Below are positions 36,881 through 51,400 of a stretch of DNA of 64,000 bases, piece after piece; position 1 is the stretch's first letter, and the number at the start of each line of letters is the position of its first letter. This stretch comes from Malacoraja senta (Eukaryota), in the NCBI GenBank assembly GCA_038087875.1, contig CM075979.1:63550001-63614000 (forward strand), given 5' to 3'. The notes beneath the pieces were generated by a model, which was given only the letters and a program-made list of their open reading frames with translations, was not told the origin of the DNA and did no database searches. The position numbers and the translations under genes are program-made.

Positions 36881-39019
36881 AATGAATTTTGAAAAAATAT
36901 CATAGTTTGCATGAATCCAAGTGTTCTTCAGTACCGACTATTTTATAGCACTTGCTTTTTTGTCCAATGTTTGAAATTCGAAACTAATACAAAATTCACA
37001 GTTAATTGAAACTTAGTGAATAATGTTTGAAGTACCATACCTTCATACATGTGTTTTGTGGAACAGAAATGAGGTTGCGAGCAGAAAATCACATGGTTCC
37101 TTTAGTCAGGGTAAATTCCTCATTGTTTTGCCATAAGCAGTGTAGTAGAGGTACTTGTATTCTTTCATACACAAGTACATTCAAAAGGGCATGTTCAGTT
37201 TAAAATGTTAGCTATTACAAATAGTCAATTATGTTTTTGTTTTTTTTGGCAAGGTCACCGGTCAATTTATGCAGTAAATTCAAGATAAAAAAGGAAAACA
37301 ATTCCAAGAGATCGCACAAACGCAGTTAATATTTCAGATCAATATTCTGACGTCATCAGTGTAAAATGTTAACACTTTTTCTGTCCCTGAACTATTTGAT
37401 CTGGTATATTTGCTCCATATTTTGTTTTTATTATTGATAATTTGTAGTTCTCATTGTGTCCTAATTCACAAGCATAACAAGTACTAGTTAATTAGTACTA
37501 CTTGATTAATAAAACACTTATTAGAAACTTAAATGATTTCTGTGAGTACATGTTCAGCGGGTGAGGCAGCAACTATGGAGGGAAGGAATAGGCGAAATTT
37601 CGGGTCGAGACCCTTCAGACTGATGTCTTGGGGGGGGGGGGGGGGGAAGAAAGGAAGAGGTGGAGACAGTCTTGTGGGAGAGCTGGGAAGGAGGAGGGAA
37701 AGGAGGGAGAAAACAAGGACAATCTGAAATTAGAGAGGGTGTAAACTACCCAAGCGAAGTACATGGTGGTTTTTAATTATGTAATTTATTGACATGAGCT
37801 GAGTTGATAAGTTAAACAGTGCATTAAAACAACTAATCTGACATGATCAAATATTTTGTATGAGGGAACAGCTTTTTTTTGCATGTTCTTAGCAAAATTT
37901 TTAACTGATATTCCATCTGCTGTCAAATATGTTTAATCAGGATGTCTTCTGAATTTTTATTCTGTGCCTCGTCACTGCCTAGTTTGATAATTGAGTGATT
38001 AAAAGTAACTGGTCCGTTTGTAAGAATTTTGTTATGACAACAATCTTAATTAAAATTGAGCACGTCATTTAAGCTCTATAATATTGTCAACAAACCGTTC
38101 AGCAGGAACATTAAAAAAAAAGGAGTAATTTAATGAACTAATCAATTGTATGGAAGTGATTGTATGCCTAATCTGATGTCTCATTGACAACTCGAAAAGA
38201 TGGCTAGATTCTCCCTTTAAGAGGGGAAAAACTTAAGGAAAGCAAATGGATACAGGAACATCAAACTAGATTGCCGACTCCTGAAAAGGATCAGAGTACG
38301 GTGTTTAAAAAAAAAACCTAACCATCACAATTCAAGGGTAAACCTTGGTAGTCTTGCATCTCTTAAATCCTTCTCCAGAAATTAGCAGTAAAATCTAGAT
38401 TGACATTCCTATAGAATACTGCTTTTGTTCCGATTGACATTGGGAGTTTTGAGGCTCAGTTTGGATTCTCAGGTGAATATACTGGGTAACTTGAAGGAAA
38501 CAAAGTGCGTTAACGATTTGTACATTGGCCACTTTATACCTCAACACTTTGCTTCTGATCCAGAATTTGGGTTCCTGTAAGGAGAAGTAGCACAAAGATG
38601 AAAGTAAGGGACACTGCAACAAATAAGGTCAGATTAAGGAAAAAAATTATAAAACCAGGATTGAAGTTTCTTTATCTGAATACATTTAACTTGTAACAAT
38701 ATAAATGAATTATTGTTATGATAGAGACAAATGGCATTGATCTATTAGCCTTTACAGAAAAATGATTGCCAAGGTACCCTGGCCAGGATTTTGCTATTTA
38801 AAAAACATTTGATATTTTAGAAAGGGAGGCAATAGAGGAGGTGGTGAAAAAGGAAAGGTGGGGTAATTAGTTGTTCAAATAAAGGATAATGTTAGGAAAT
38901 GTGTCAGAAAGGACCTTGCTCAAACCACGAAGTAGGAATAATTTGGATGGTAGTAAGATATTATAGGTCACAACACAAGCTATATTTGAAGAATAATAGA
39001 CTTATTACAATGTCCACCA

Positions 39020-39500
39020 CTTTCTGAACCAGGCCATTGGTGCAACCATTCAGTATGCTCTCAAGTTCCTTGGTATAAATGTCACCAACAACCTGACTTG
39101 ATTCCACCACACAGACAATACGGCCAAAATAAAAACCAACCAATGTCTCCACTTCCTCAAAACTAAGAAAAATCAGCATGTATCCAATGACTCCCATCAA
39201 TTCCTACAGATCCACCATAGACAGCATCACAGTAAGGCAACTGCTCTGCCCTTAGCTGCAAGAAATTGTGGAACTTTGTGGTTAATGCCATGTCTATTAA
39301 ATAAACTACCTTACTCCCTGCACACGCTCCACCCCATCAATGATCTATACTTTGTTGCTTTGGGAAAACAGCCAACATAATCAAGGACCATTTGCACCTG
39401 CCATTCTCTTGTCCCCTTCTCATTGGGCAGAAGATACATAAGCTTGAAAACACATACCACCCGATTCAAGAACAGCTTCTTTCCTGCTGTTATCAGACCC
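39020..39500 (+). mobile_element. Old Rex1-like 3' fragment
   Basis: Degenerate KFLG remnant and RFKNSFFPAVIR-type tail. Similar pieces at 12300-12620, 40200-40380 and 54310-55000. Confidence 0.6.
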
Positions 39501-41412
39501 TTGAATGAATGAATAAATGAATAAGTTTGTTGGCCAAGTGTGTACACATACAAGGAATTTGCCTTGGTGCTCCGCTCGCAAGTAACAACACGACATATAG
39601 TAACAATTAAGAATGACACATAAAACATTAACCATTAATAATAAAACATTATAGTTTAAACGTGAATGAAATGGACCCCGCGTATTGGGTTTAGGTTTGA
39701 GTTTATTATTGTCACGTACTGAGGTGCAGTGACAAGTTTTGTTTTGCATGCTATCCAATCAAACCAGGTAATAGTGCAGATAAATACAATCAAGCCAGCA
39801 CAATAGGTAGAGCAAAGTGAAGATGCAGAGTGCTGATAATACAAATTTATGGGTGGAAAGGTGATTTAAAAGAGTAGAGTGATTGTGTTGGATGATACTA
39901 AATTATTTTATTGAAAGAGCACAGTTGCCATGCTCCAGTGCCATCTTGCCACCTTGATGTCAAGGATATATTCCGGATCTTCCAGTTTACCTTGTGTCAC
40001 TTGTGCTCACTTTACCTTGTAGTGTCACTTCTCGCTGTACTTCCTCTAGCTGTAACACGAAATGTTGTGCTTTGATTCCTGTCTCTTTTTGCACCACCTG
40101 TTGTACTCGTGTATGGTATAATTGCTTTCAAATGTTATGATCTGCCTGGATCGTACAGCAAAAGATTTTCACCATCTCAGTACATGGGTAATAAACCCAT
40201 ACTATGCCAATATTCTTGGGGCATTGCATCAGGAAGGCTGGAATATTGCCAAGGATGCCTGCCACCCTGGCTATTCCATTTTCTCTCTTCTACCTTCAGG
40301 GAGAAGATACAGAAGCTTGAAAGCTCGGATGCCCAGACTTAAGTACAGCTACTTCCCACTGGCTATTCAGGCTCCTAAACCAATTATATCTTCCTTCCCA
40401 CAAGTACTACCATGTACTACTCTTAATTTTGCCTCATTCGGTTATTACGTTATTGCACTTCGGTATTTTATTAATATACTACTTTAGATTGCACTGCAAT
40501 CTTTGCACCCATCTGGTGAATAGGACTATTTTTGATCTGGGTATTTGTAATGAGGTGTCATTAATAATCTTGTCTGTAAAGTATATTGTGGGGAAAAATG
40601 ATCGAGAGGTGATGTAGTTGTTTTCTCACCGAATGTGAAATTCTTAGCCTGTGTCCAGAATCTTGTGCATGAAGGCAAATACACAGGCTAAAGACAATTT
40701 AGCTGAAGTAGATCAAAGGATATCTAATTAAAAGCTACGATGCTGATACATAAACGGTGACAGACATTCAATAAAAATACATAATTAAATATATATTGGG
40801 AAAGAAAGATCTTATGGCAGATATAATCCATGTTTGGCTAACTAAAGTTAAAGCTGGTATTTGATTGAAAGTGCATAGCTGTGTAGGAAGTAATAGGCCT
40901 GAGGAATTTCATTCAGTTTTAGAAACCAGTGAAGGATGGTTTACAAAAAAAATGAGAACATTTACATATGCTATCAAAAAAAAGAAATTGGGCACATTTT
41001 TGTTTTGCTAGCTTAGTCTCGTACTTTATCAGTTTTTGTTTTTAGTAGGTTTATCAGACCTGTCACAGCTATGTAATAAGAGAGCAGCAAACATAAATGT
41101 TGGTCTACTTAGAAACTTTGGGAATTAATAAAGGGGACAAAAGAAATGGCAAAGATATTTAATAAATATTTATGAATGCCTTTGCAGTAGAAGATGCTGA
41201 AATCATACCAAAATAGTAGATATCCAAGAAATAATAAAGAGGGTAACAAACGGAGGGAAAAATAATTGAATAGTTAAAAGACTGACAATTTCTTGCACCC
41301 AATGCTTTGCAGAGTTTGTGTAGGCATTGATGGTGATCATTTTCGTTAAATCTTGGAAAGGTCCTAACCGTCTAGAAAGCAATATTTGTAATCTTTCTGC
41401 GGGAGGAAGGAA

Positions 41413-41532
41413 ATTCAAGAATTCAAGAGAGTTAATTGTCATGTGTCCCAGATAGGACAATGAAATTCTTGCTTTGCTTCAGCACAACAGAATATTGTAG
41501 GCATAAATAAATACAGAACAGATCAGTGTGTC
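41413..41532 (-). mobile_element. 3' end of a Rex1 copy running into the assembly gap
   Basis: Near-identical to 18011-18125. Confidence 0.8.
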
Positions 41533-42500
41533 NNNNNNNNNNNNNNNNNNNNNNNNNNNNNNNNNNNNNNNNNNNNNNNNNNNNNNNNNNNNNNNNNNNN
41601 NNNNNNNNNNNNNNNNNNNNNNNNNNNNNNNNNNNNNNNNNNNNNNNNNNNNNNNNNNNNNNNNNNNNNNNNNNNNNNNNNNNNNNNNNNNNNNNNNNNN
41701 NNNNNNNNNNNNNNNNNNNNNNNNNNNNNNNNNNNNNNNNNNNNNNNNNNNNNNNNNNNNNNNNNNNNNNNNNNNNNNNNNNNNNNNNNNNNNNNNNNNN
41801 NNNNNNNNNNNNNNNNNNNNNNNNNNNNNNNNNNNNNNNNNNNNNNNNNNNNNNNNNNNNNNNNNNNNNNNNNNNNNNNNNNNNNNNNNNNNNNNNNNNN
41901 NNNNNNNNNNNNNNNNNNNNNNNNNNNNNNNNNNNNNNNNNNNNNNNNNNNNNNNNNNNNNNNNNNNNNNNNNNNNNNNNNNNNNNNNNNNNNNNNNNNN
42001 NNNNNNNNNNNNNNNNNNNNNNNNNNNNNNNNNNNNNNNNNNNNNNNNNNNNNNNNNNNNNNNNNNNNNNNNNNNNNNNNNNNNNNNNNNNNNNNNNNNN
42101 NNNNNNNNNNNNNNNNNNNNNNNNNNNNNNNNNNNNNNNNNNNNNNNNNNNNNNNNNNNNNNNNNNNNNNNNNNNNNNNNNNNNNNNNNNNNNNNNNNNN
42201 NNNNNNNNNNNNNNNNNNNNNNNNNNNNNNNNNNNNNNNNNNNNNNNNNNNNNNNNNNNNNNNNNNNNNNNNNNNNNNNNNNNNNNNNNNNNNNNNNNNN
42301 NNNNNNNNNNNNNNNNNNNNNNNNNNNNNNNNNNNNNNNNNNNNNNNNNNNNNNNNNNNNNNNNNNNNNNNNNNNNNNNNNNNNNNNNNNNNNNNNNNNN
42401 NNNNNNNNNNNNNNNNNNNNNNNNNNNNNNNNNNNNNNNNNNNNNNNNNNNNNNNNNNNNNNNNNNNNNNNNNNNNNNNNNNNNNNNNNNNNNNNNNNNN
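41533..42500. other. Assembly gap
   Basis: Run of N. Confidence 1.
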
Positions 42501-43759
42501 CTGCAATCTTGATTTAACAAAGTAACAACAGACACTTTGGGTCATTATTTCTTGAATCGGCCAGTTTTTATGGAAAGGAAATATCATTTGACATTTATGA
42601 TATAGCTGAGGATGCAACAAGCAAGATGGATAACAGGGAGCCAGGGAACGTAATGCATTTTTATTTCTAAGAGGCATTTGATATGTTGGACACAAGTTTA
42701 CTAAATTAGTTCTTATAGTAAATGAAATGATTAATGAACAGAAAGCGAAAAATACGGATAAGTAAGTAATTTTTCTAGATGCCAACCTTTTTAATTAGTG
42801 GGGGAGTCCGTATGGAGCCTTGGTTCTTTCCAATTAAGATTGACAGGGACAAAGGGTGGCGTATCTGGTTTGGTGGTGATACATAGGGGTGAAAGACGTA
42901 GCCAGTTGGAGGTAGACAAAAGTGCTGGAGAAACTCAGCGGGTGCAGCAACATCTATGGAGCGAAGGAAATAGGCAACGTTTTGGGCCGAAACCCTTCTC
43001 CAGCATCTGCAGTTCCTTCTTAAACTCTTAATTACATTCCTTGGAGTCTGCTAAGGGTTGTAGACTGGCTAAGTGAGATGTATGGGAAGGAGTGAGGGTC
43101 TGGAATGTAAGTGGGTGTACAATGGGAAAAGTGCTGAAGTTATTCACACCATTAGAATGAACAGGGAAAGGTTAAAAACAATGAGAGAAATGACAATGTT
43201 AGAGATATTCTATTGTCCTTGTACAAGAAAAACATTAGTACCGGTAGTTCTGCTATAATGTGTGTTTCCATAACACAAATTGAGTGTGGCGCGAGTCATG
43301 CATTAGCGACTGTAATTTGCATTACGAGGTTGAATTGGTTACAACACAATATCGATTGGGAACTAGAGAACCACTTAAACTATACCTTGGGCCACTTAAA
43401 CTATACCTTGGGAAAAAAAAGCTGTCTTGGATTTAAATAGTATAAGGAAAAATCTTTTCCATGGAACCTCCCAGCTGTAATCAGATACCATTCTCTCGTA
43501 AGAACACAGCTGCTACTTTAACTGGTCATTTACATTGTCAAGCAATCACTTCTATTCATAATTGTTCAACTATACTCTATTGAACAATGTAAGACAGTCT
43601 TTAATATTTTGAGCTTGTGATAACAAAGATGAACTTATTGCTATTGAAAATATCGTTATTTTTTGGGGGGGGAAACTGAACATTCATTAGTCCCTAGGTC
43701 CTGACCCCCTTCTCCCTTTAACACAATTGTCTTTATAAAGCTATTTTCTATAACTCTAA

Positions 43760-43942
43760 AGGGCCTGTCACACTTGGGCGTCATTTACGCGACATCATTT
43801 ACGGATCACGACGCGTGCATGGCGCGTGGTGGTGTAGGTAGTGACGTGCTGTAGCGTATGGTGCCCCAGGATTTTGGGATTCTCAAAATCCTCGTGCGCC
43901 ACCTGCGTGACGCGCAAATGACGCCCAAGTGGGACAGGCACT
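43760..43942. mobile_element. Harbinger/Tourist-type MITE
   Basis: TIR AGGGCCTGTCACACTTGGGCGTCATTT with a perfect TAA target duplication. Confidence 0.8.
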
Positions 43943-46900
43943 TAAGTTTCTTAAGAACACAGTCATTGAACCACCTGTACACAAACTCAGGTAATCCACT
44001 GATTATTTAGAAATCATGATGCTTAGGCAACGGACTCAACAAATGATAGTTGTCTCGCTCCTTTACAACTCATTGAAGTCCTGTTTCCCGCACTCTCTTT
44101 AAACTTACTGGATTCAGTAGAACACTTATTGTAATGCTCCGTAAGAACTTTAAAAATAAAATGGAGATGCAAGAGACTGCAGATGAAAATATGAAAGTCC
44201 AATGCCACAAATCCAAGTGTGTTAGATTACTAGAGTTTACTATATAAATTTAAAGCAAGCAAATGGTCAGGACCTTTACTGAAAAGGAGACGGAGTAGCC
44301 CTACATCTGGATTACACTGTAGCTTTGCTCCCTTTAAGCATATTCATCCCTTTTTAGAATGCAGCAGAGATTCATTGGATTGAATCCTGGAATAAGAGAG
44401 TTGTCGAGTAAGCAGAATGAGCCTGTATGCCTGGAGTTCAGAAGATCATTTTGAATGGCATAACAGGATAGATGCTCTGACAATGTTTCCTTTGGACGAA
44501 TCTAGAAACCCAGGCATGATTTCAGAGAGGAGCTCTTTGGAATGTTCTAATGTACTGGGCTGTAAATACTGAGCCGTTAAGTATATTCGAGATAAGATTT
44601 TTGGACTGTCGGGGAAATCAAGTGTAGTGGAGATTGGCCTCAACTGCACACACAGATAAGATAGAATCTTAATGAATAGTAAAGAATGTTCAAGGGCCCA
44701 TATGGTCTTCTCTCCTATTGCAATGTTTTATGTTTTGTACTGCTATGATGAATTTGCACATAATACAATTCACAGTGGAAGTCATGCCAATAATGCAGGA
44801 AAATGTTATGCAATTCATAATTTTATGAATCACAGATCTAAATGTTGTGTCAGAATTAAATATGTTTCATATCTGTCTGACAGTTCTTCCCTTTCCATCT
44901 TCAGGCTGTTTTGTGGTGGGGGGGTGGGGTTTTTCAATGTTGACATTGTTAAGTTCTTGAGTACCTGAGCTACCGGGTAGAGTATATAATATTAAGGGTG
45001 ATAATGTATTCAGATGAAGGGCCATTGATCTGAAACATTTCATTCAATTTCTCTCTTTGCAAGTACTATCTGAACTACTGAATATTTCCAGCAGTTTCTT
45101 TTTTCATATGTCCAGAGTCTACAATTTTGTTTCTAATCACCTATAACCTCCAGACTTTTATTCAAAGTTGATCTGGAAGTTAGAAATATTAAATTCCTCC
45201 ACCTTTGTTTACTACTGCTGTTCCACACTTTTGTTAATGGTCACCATTCAAGGTCAGGGAACGTTATGTAATTGTTTTCAAGAAATTAAAAAATGGGGTT
45301 GTATTTCATTTGAGGATTCTTTTTTTTTTATTAGCAGTGGTTAATGATTTGTCTTTCGAAAGCTCAAAAGTTGGCAAAACACGCAAGTATTTGAGCTGGC
45401 CTTTTAAAGTCTGCAGTAGGGGAATAAACAAATGCTTCATTTAGTTTTGCATGTAAACCTTCGATGTATTCTAATATATTACAAAACTGCATTTATTTGT
45501 GTAACCTATAGGACGTACTATGGCATTTTGGAAAGATTGAGTTTTAAAAGCATGGTGCAAGTGAAAATAGAAAATTTGAGTCAGTGAAAACCTCTCTTGT
45601 TTTGAAGAATCCAAAGGCTGAGATTTGTTCTTTGGTTATGTTGATTTGGTGACAATTCTGGAAAAAAAACTAACAAGGGTAGGAGACGTATCCATGTTCA
45701 AAGATTCTGCTTGACCCACTGAGTTACTCCAGGAATACCTAGTCTCCTACACATGGTTGCTTGCACATTTTAATTGAGCCATCATTGACCGTTGTGCTCT
45801 CAGTTGCAGAGGACTCAGGCTCTGGAATTTTACCCTAAATCTCTGCCTCTGATTTTCCCTTCTCTTTAGTTATCTGTTTGGCCAAGTATTTGAACATTTG
45901 CTCTAATATCTCCTTGATTAGCATAATATCCGTTTTTTTTGTTGATATCCCGTTAAACTGCCTTTGCATTTCTTAATTTTAAAATACCGTATAAATATTT
46001 ATTTGTTGGCGCCACAGCTCTTAATTCTTTTCAGTTTACTACATTAAGTGTTTAAACATTAAGTGTTGTTTCTGTTAAATATAAACAAAACCTAATGCTG
46101 TAAGAGTTACAAATATGTACTTTTGTTATTAGCGGTAATTAGAAATGTAATCTTTCATATTTCTTTGTTCTAACTTTTTGGGGATTATCTTCCAGTGGTA
46201 CTGTGTATGAATTTAGGTGATGTAACACCAATAGAGTGGCACTAAACTGAAATGAACAATACAAAATATTTATTTTTATTATATTACTTTTTATTATATT
46301 AGTAACTCTTGTGATGATACATTGTTCACCCTTCGTTATCCTGAGTAGGTATTGTGGGTATTTTGTTTATTTTAAAAACTGACTGGCTTGCTTGGCAATG
46401 TTAGAGGATGGTAGTAATTAATTATGTGAGTGACTGTTTTACAGTAAATTAATAAATGTAGATTTTTATTAGTCTGGCAGCTTGTGATTATTTTGCAAGC
46501 CTAAATTTAATACATTTTACTTTGCAGTACGCAACAGTTGAATTTGAACTCTTCAGTTTGTTCATGAACGGCTTTGGTCATTGCTGAACCATCCATAGGG
46601 TTTAATTTTGGAATGTTTTTAAATGAATTTCAGTTTGCTAAAGAGTGCTAATTAGTATGTGGAAACATTTATTTGTTCAAGCATGCACACTGGATCTCAC
46701 TGGATCTCTTTTGTTGTGTGGGTGTGTATATATATATATAATATATTATACACACACACACTCGCTGAAATTGGGACATTTCACAATCTTACATGCTTGA
46801 AAATATGGTTTGCGAAACTTAATGGAAGCAAAATTTGGTAGATGTATTTCTCTCTCCCAAGTTGCTGAAATGTATGGATCTTTTCCCCAAAGAAAGTTGT

Positions 46901-47538
46901 TTTGGTAAAGACTTTAATTCCTTTATGTCCTTGCCTTTCAATACCTTAGTAATCTTATCTGGTGATACTGCTTTCCAAGTCTCCTACACATTTTAATTAA
47001 GCCATCATTGACTGTTGTGCCTTCAGCTGCTGAGGTCTCAGACTCCAGAATTTAACCCTGAATCTCTTTACACGCTGACTATTTTTTCCCTTTAAGATTA
47101 TTCTTAAGCTACCTGTTTAGCCAAGAATCTGAACATATGTACTAATATCTCCCTTTGTGGCTTGATATCAAATTGTATTAGATAATGGCCTATTAAACTG
47201 TCTCTGCATGTCTTTATTATAAAATACAATGTAAATATTGTCGTTGATATCACAGCTGGTATGTAATTTTTGGTTTAGAAGAATCTGATTATACAGACAA
47301 AACCTATTACTATATGGATTGCTTTAAATTTAATAAGCATTAGAATGGGGTCTAACAGAGTGATGAGGAGATAGAAGGACTGCAATGGAGACTCAGGATT
47401 GCAAAATCTGAAATCTTGAGCAAAACCCAAACTGCTGGAAGAACTCAGTTTTGCCAGGCAGCATCTGAAGCAAAAAGGGCAGGCAAACTTCAGACTGAAG
47501 GTATTATTGTTATTTTAGTTAAGCAATAATGAACATCA

Positions 47539-47640
47539 GACATGGGTCTGAAGAAGGGTTTCGGCCCGAACCGTTGCCCATTTCCTTCGCTCCATAGATG
47601 CTGCTGCACCCGCTGAGTTTCTCCAGCATTTTTGTGTGCC
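47539..47640 (+). repeat. Short Penelope pLTR-derived insert with hammerhead-like core
   Basis: Near-identical to 19890-19980, with an AATGAACATCA duplication on both sides. Confidence 0.7.
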
Positions 47641-48116
47641 AATGAACATCAAAATGCGCATTTTTGCATGTTGTAAACTTTTATGGTGCTATGAACATCA
47701 ATAGATAAGTCAAAATAGTTTGCATTATTCTATTATTGATACAATTGCAACATTACAATTATTAATCCATGCTTAGTGCTGAATCACTCAGGATGCTGTT
47801 GATTGACATCCTACTCAAGTAAAACTTGAAAAAGGGAACAAACAGGAGTGACCTGAAGAAGGGTCCTGACCCAAAACGTCATCTAACCATTTTGGTTGAT
47901 GATGCCTGACCCGCTGAATTAGTCCATCATTTTTTGTCTATCATGAGTTATCTTGAGTTGTGGATCTCTTCCTAAATCATTTGCCCAATGAGCTCATGCC
48001 TTTCCTCTGAATGCAGTATTAAATTGCATTTGGGCCCATAAGATGGCCCCAATTCCAGAAAACTCCACTTGCTGCATCAGTATTCCATTTCCAATACTAA
48101 TACTAATAAAAAGGAA

Positions 48117-48458
48117 TGGCACAGTGATAGAGTTGCTGCCTTACAGTACTAGAAACCCGGGTTCGATCCTGACTATAGATGCTGTCTGTATGGAGTTCGT
48201 ACATTCTCAATGCGACAGCGTGCGTTTTCTCCAGGTGCTCTGGTTTCCTCCCACATCCCAAAGATGTTCAGGTTAGTAGTTTAGTTAGCTTCTGTAAATT
48301 GTCCCTAATGTGTAGGATAGAACTTGTGATAGAACTAGTGATAGATGCTGGGGTAGCTCAGCATGTGTGACAAACAGCATGGGTGATTGTTGGCCAGCAC
48401 AGACTTGATGGGGCAAAAGGGCCTGTTTCCATTCTATATCTCTAAACTAAACTAAAAT
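48117..48458 (+). mobile_element. HE1/V-SINE-like copy
   Basis: A-box-like GGCACAGTG, B box GGTTCGATCC and a (TAAAC)n tail. Confidence 0.8.
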
Positions 48459-51400
48459 AAATTAAGAACTGATTTGTAAAATGAGACAATGGCATGTCTA
48501 CTTGAGTAGTCTACTTCACATGGCATGCTGAAATATTATACATTTTTTTAATGGTACCATTCTTTCTGAAAGTAAATATTTTGGAAGTTATCAGTGACTG
48601 ATCATTTTGTGCCATCGAAAACATCTGGATAAGTGTAATTAGGAAGAGAGCCTTGTATTCATTTAGTGCCTTTCACAACCCTGTAGTATCCTAAACTGCT
48701 TTATAGTCATTGCAGTACTTTTGAAGGATGCTGATCTTGTGATTTTCGACATGGGTAGATAAATCAAACAGGTCTTATTGTATTATTGTTGTGTGCTGGA
48801 AGGAATATTTGCCACATCAAAAACTTGGCATTAAAGATGTGTGCAACATAATTTTTGATGAAAAAAATTTAAAGTGACCCGCAAGGTTTATTCTTTGATA
48901 TATGAACTAAATTATTTTAAACTGAATCACATTTATTCTTAAATCTGTACATTAATTATCAGGACTAAATTGAGCCTGCATTTATGATGTGTTAGATCTA
49001 CTGTGAGAGCACATTATGCTGTGTTGATAGCTGAAGCTCTTTGCATTGGGTCACTTGAGAGTAGAAATGGTATTGAATTCAAGCTGACATCTGTGGCAAG
49101 TGGTTTCCTCTTTCCATATTGTGAAGAATTGGCACTTGATGGATTTCTTTGTTTTTAAAACGCTTTTCTTCTGGGGAGAATACTAACTCCAATCTATAAC
49201 CCCAGTTTGATATTTCAGGTTACTTCTATTTTATTTTACCTGGTGGCAAATTGTTGGTAATTTCTAGTGGCAAAGGTTGGGTACTGCACTGCTATTGCTT
49301 TTATTGCATTTAGTCATTTGCTTGTCTTGCCTTTTCACAGTTCTTGTCTCAGATTTATGTGGTGGCTGCTTTATGGTGGCAAGGATGGTGAAATAGTCAA
49401 CCTTTAGTGTCAGAAGTAATGACAACTTCTGAAGTACTGGAACAAGGTTTTTTTTTTTAACAATGTCTCTGAAATGCCCGGGAAATGTTGCAAGTGAGTT
49501 TAGTAAATCACAATTACATTTTGGCAAACTAGCATTTACACAGATCATTTTAACAGTAATATTTTAAAAATATAATGATTTTAATAGTTTTCTTATTTAA
49601 AGTTAGCTCGATATTTCAGCTTTAGCTTTATTTATGAAGTATTTAAAACAGTGGTAAAATATAGTGCTCTTTAGTTTCTGGTTTTCTGTCTTTGTGAATT
49701 ATTCATTGCAATCGGTTGCTCAGACAGCCTGATATCTCTTTGTGGCTGGATCACTAGGATTCTATGGTACTGTTGTTTGACAGTAAACTGCTTTGGAAAA
49801 CAGGGGGAGTAACTCAGTGGGTCATGCAGCATCTTTGGAAAGGTAACATTTTGGATCGGGACCCTTCATCAGTGGTGAAAACTGTGACATTACCATTGAC
49901 CTCAAAATCTTGTCCATTGATGTTCTGTGGGGATTGAGACAGCAGGAATTATTCTGATCAAGGAGATTTAAAAATCGTGGCATGTGCTGACTGGAGAGGG
50001 TTATGCAGGTAAGTTTAGAGGGCAAAGATGGTGCGAGAGGAAGACAGGCAAGGGGTTCATAGGGTATTTTATTGTCATGTACCAATTAAGGTACAGTGAT
50101 AGTCTATTTACCACAGATTGTAGGAGATTGTATGATCGAAGGAGTCAAAAATGTTGGCGGGGGGGGGGAATGGTTGTGTGTTGGTGGGAAAGGGATAGTG
50201 ATGCCCAAGATATCCGAGGGCATACTTGAAGCCAAGAGGTTTGTTTATAGGTGTTTCAACGCGAGAGGATGGACTGCAGTATGGATGTTGGTTCTGATTT
50301 TTTTTTAAATCCAAGCAGTCATTCATTATTTAAAAATGTTGCTTAATCAGTTTCCACATCTGAAAAAAGATGCTTAATCAGTTTCCACATCTCTTTCCTT
50401 CTCTATGGTTGTATGTCGAACCAGTTCAGTCTGACTAGCTTCTGTCTGTGATGTTTTAATGATGCTCATGCAGACTGAAGTATACTTCATCTTATCCTAT
50501 CGTATATTTGCTTATTGTTTAGCATCCCTGTAAATATGTTTTATTTTTTTCTAATAATCTGTATGTTGTGAGTTTGAACAAAGTTTTCAAATGTGACATT
50601 TCTTTATGACTTGCCACATATTTATATCTTCTTAGGACAATCCCTGACAAGTATCTTTGCAATGTCTACCTGATTAAGCCTATTTTATAGTATCTTTGTT
50701 GTTCTCCACAATCTTTCTAGAAATAAATGGTACTTGTTCAGCTATCCCTAGTAGTTATATTCTATCATTTTGGTATTATTATAGATTTGTTTTATCTTGC
50801 TTGCAGAGCTTTTTCCATTATGAAGACCAGAATTGTAGAGAGAATGCCAAGTTCTATATAGGTTTAAAAAATTATTTCTGATTTTCTTGTAATTCTATTC
50901 TCTAAACAACGGTACTATGGAATGTTGTGGACTTAATAACTTAACAACATTGCTTTAATTGTGAATCTGTTCCTCTGGGAGCATTGGCAGGTTTGATTCT
51001 AAAATCACAAATGAAGAGAGATTCAAGGTGGATCATGGGATTAGCAAGTACTGAGATGTGGTTTTGTATTGAGAAAAGCATTGAGTTATGGAAGGCATTT
51101 GAGAGAAAATGATCCTGATGCGTTATAAAATTTGGGGACAGAGTCTTGAATATTTGGGACAGCTGGCTACATTAGATTAAAAAAATGGATGGCAAAGGAA
51201 GTCACCCAAAGTACTTTTGGGACCTTTTTCCACCAGAAATGTAGAAGCACGAGACCATTCAGCCAATCTCGTTTGTCCATAGATGTTCATAACTCTTCAA
51301 CTTTCTCCCAATTACAGCACTTGCTTCAATGCCTTGCAGGTTACAACTTTGTTTGTCTCCACCATCATGTAAATGAAATGGATATTTTCCTCAACTTCAA

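Noticed and set aside
41432-42785. Long ORFs of 328-420 aa
   Set aside because: Artefacts of translating through the N gap.
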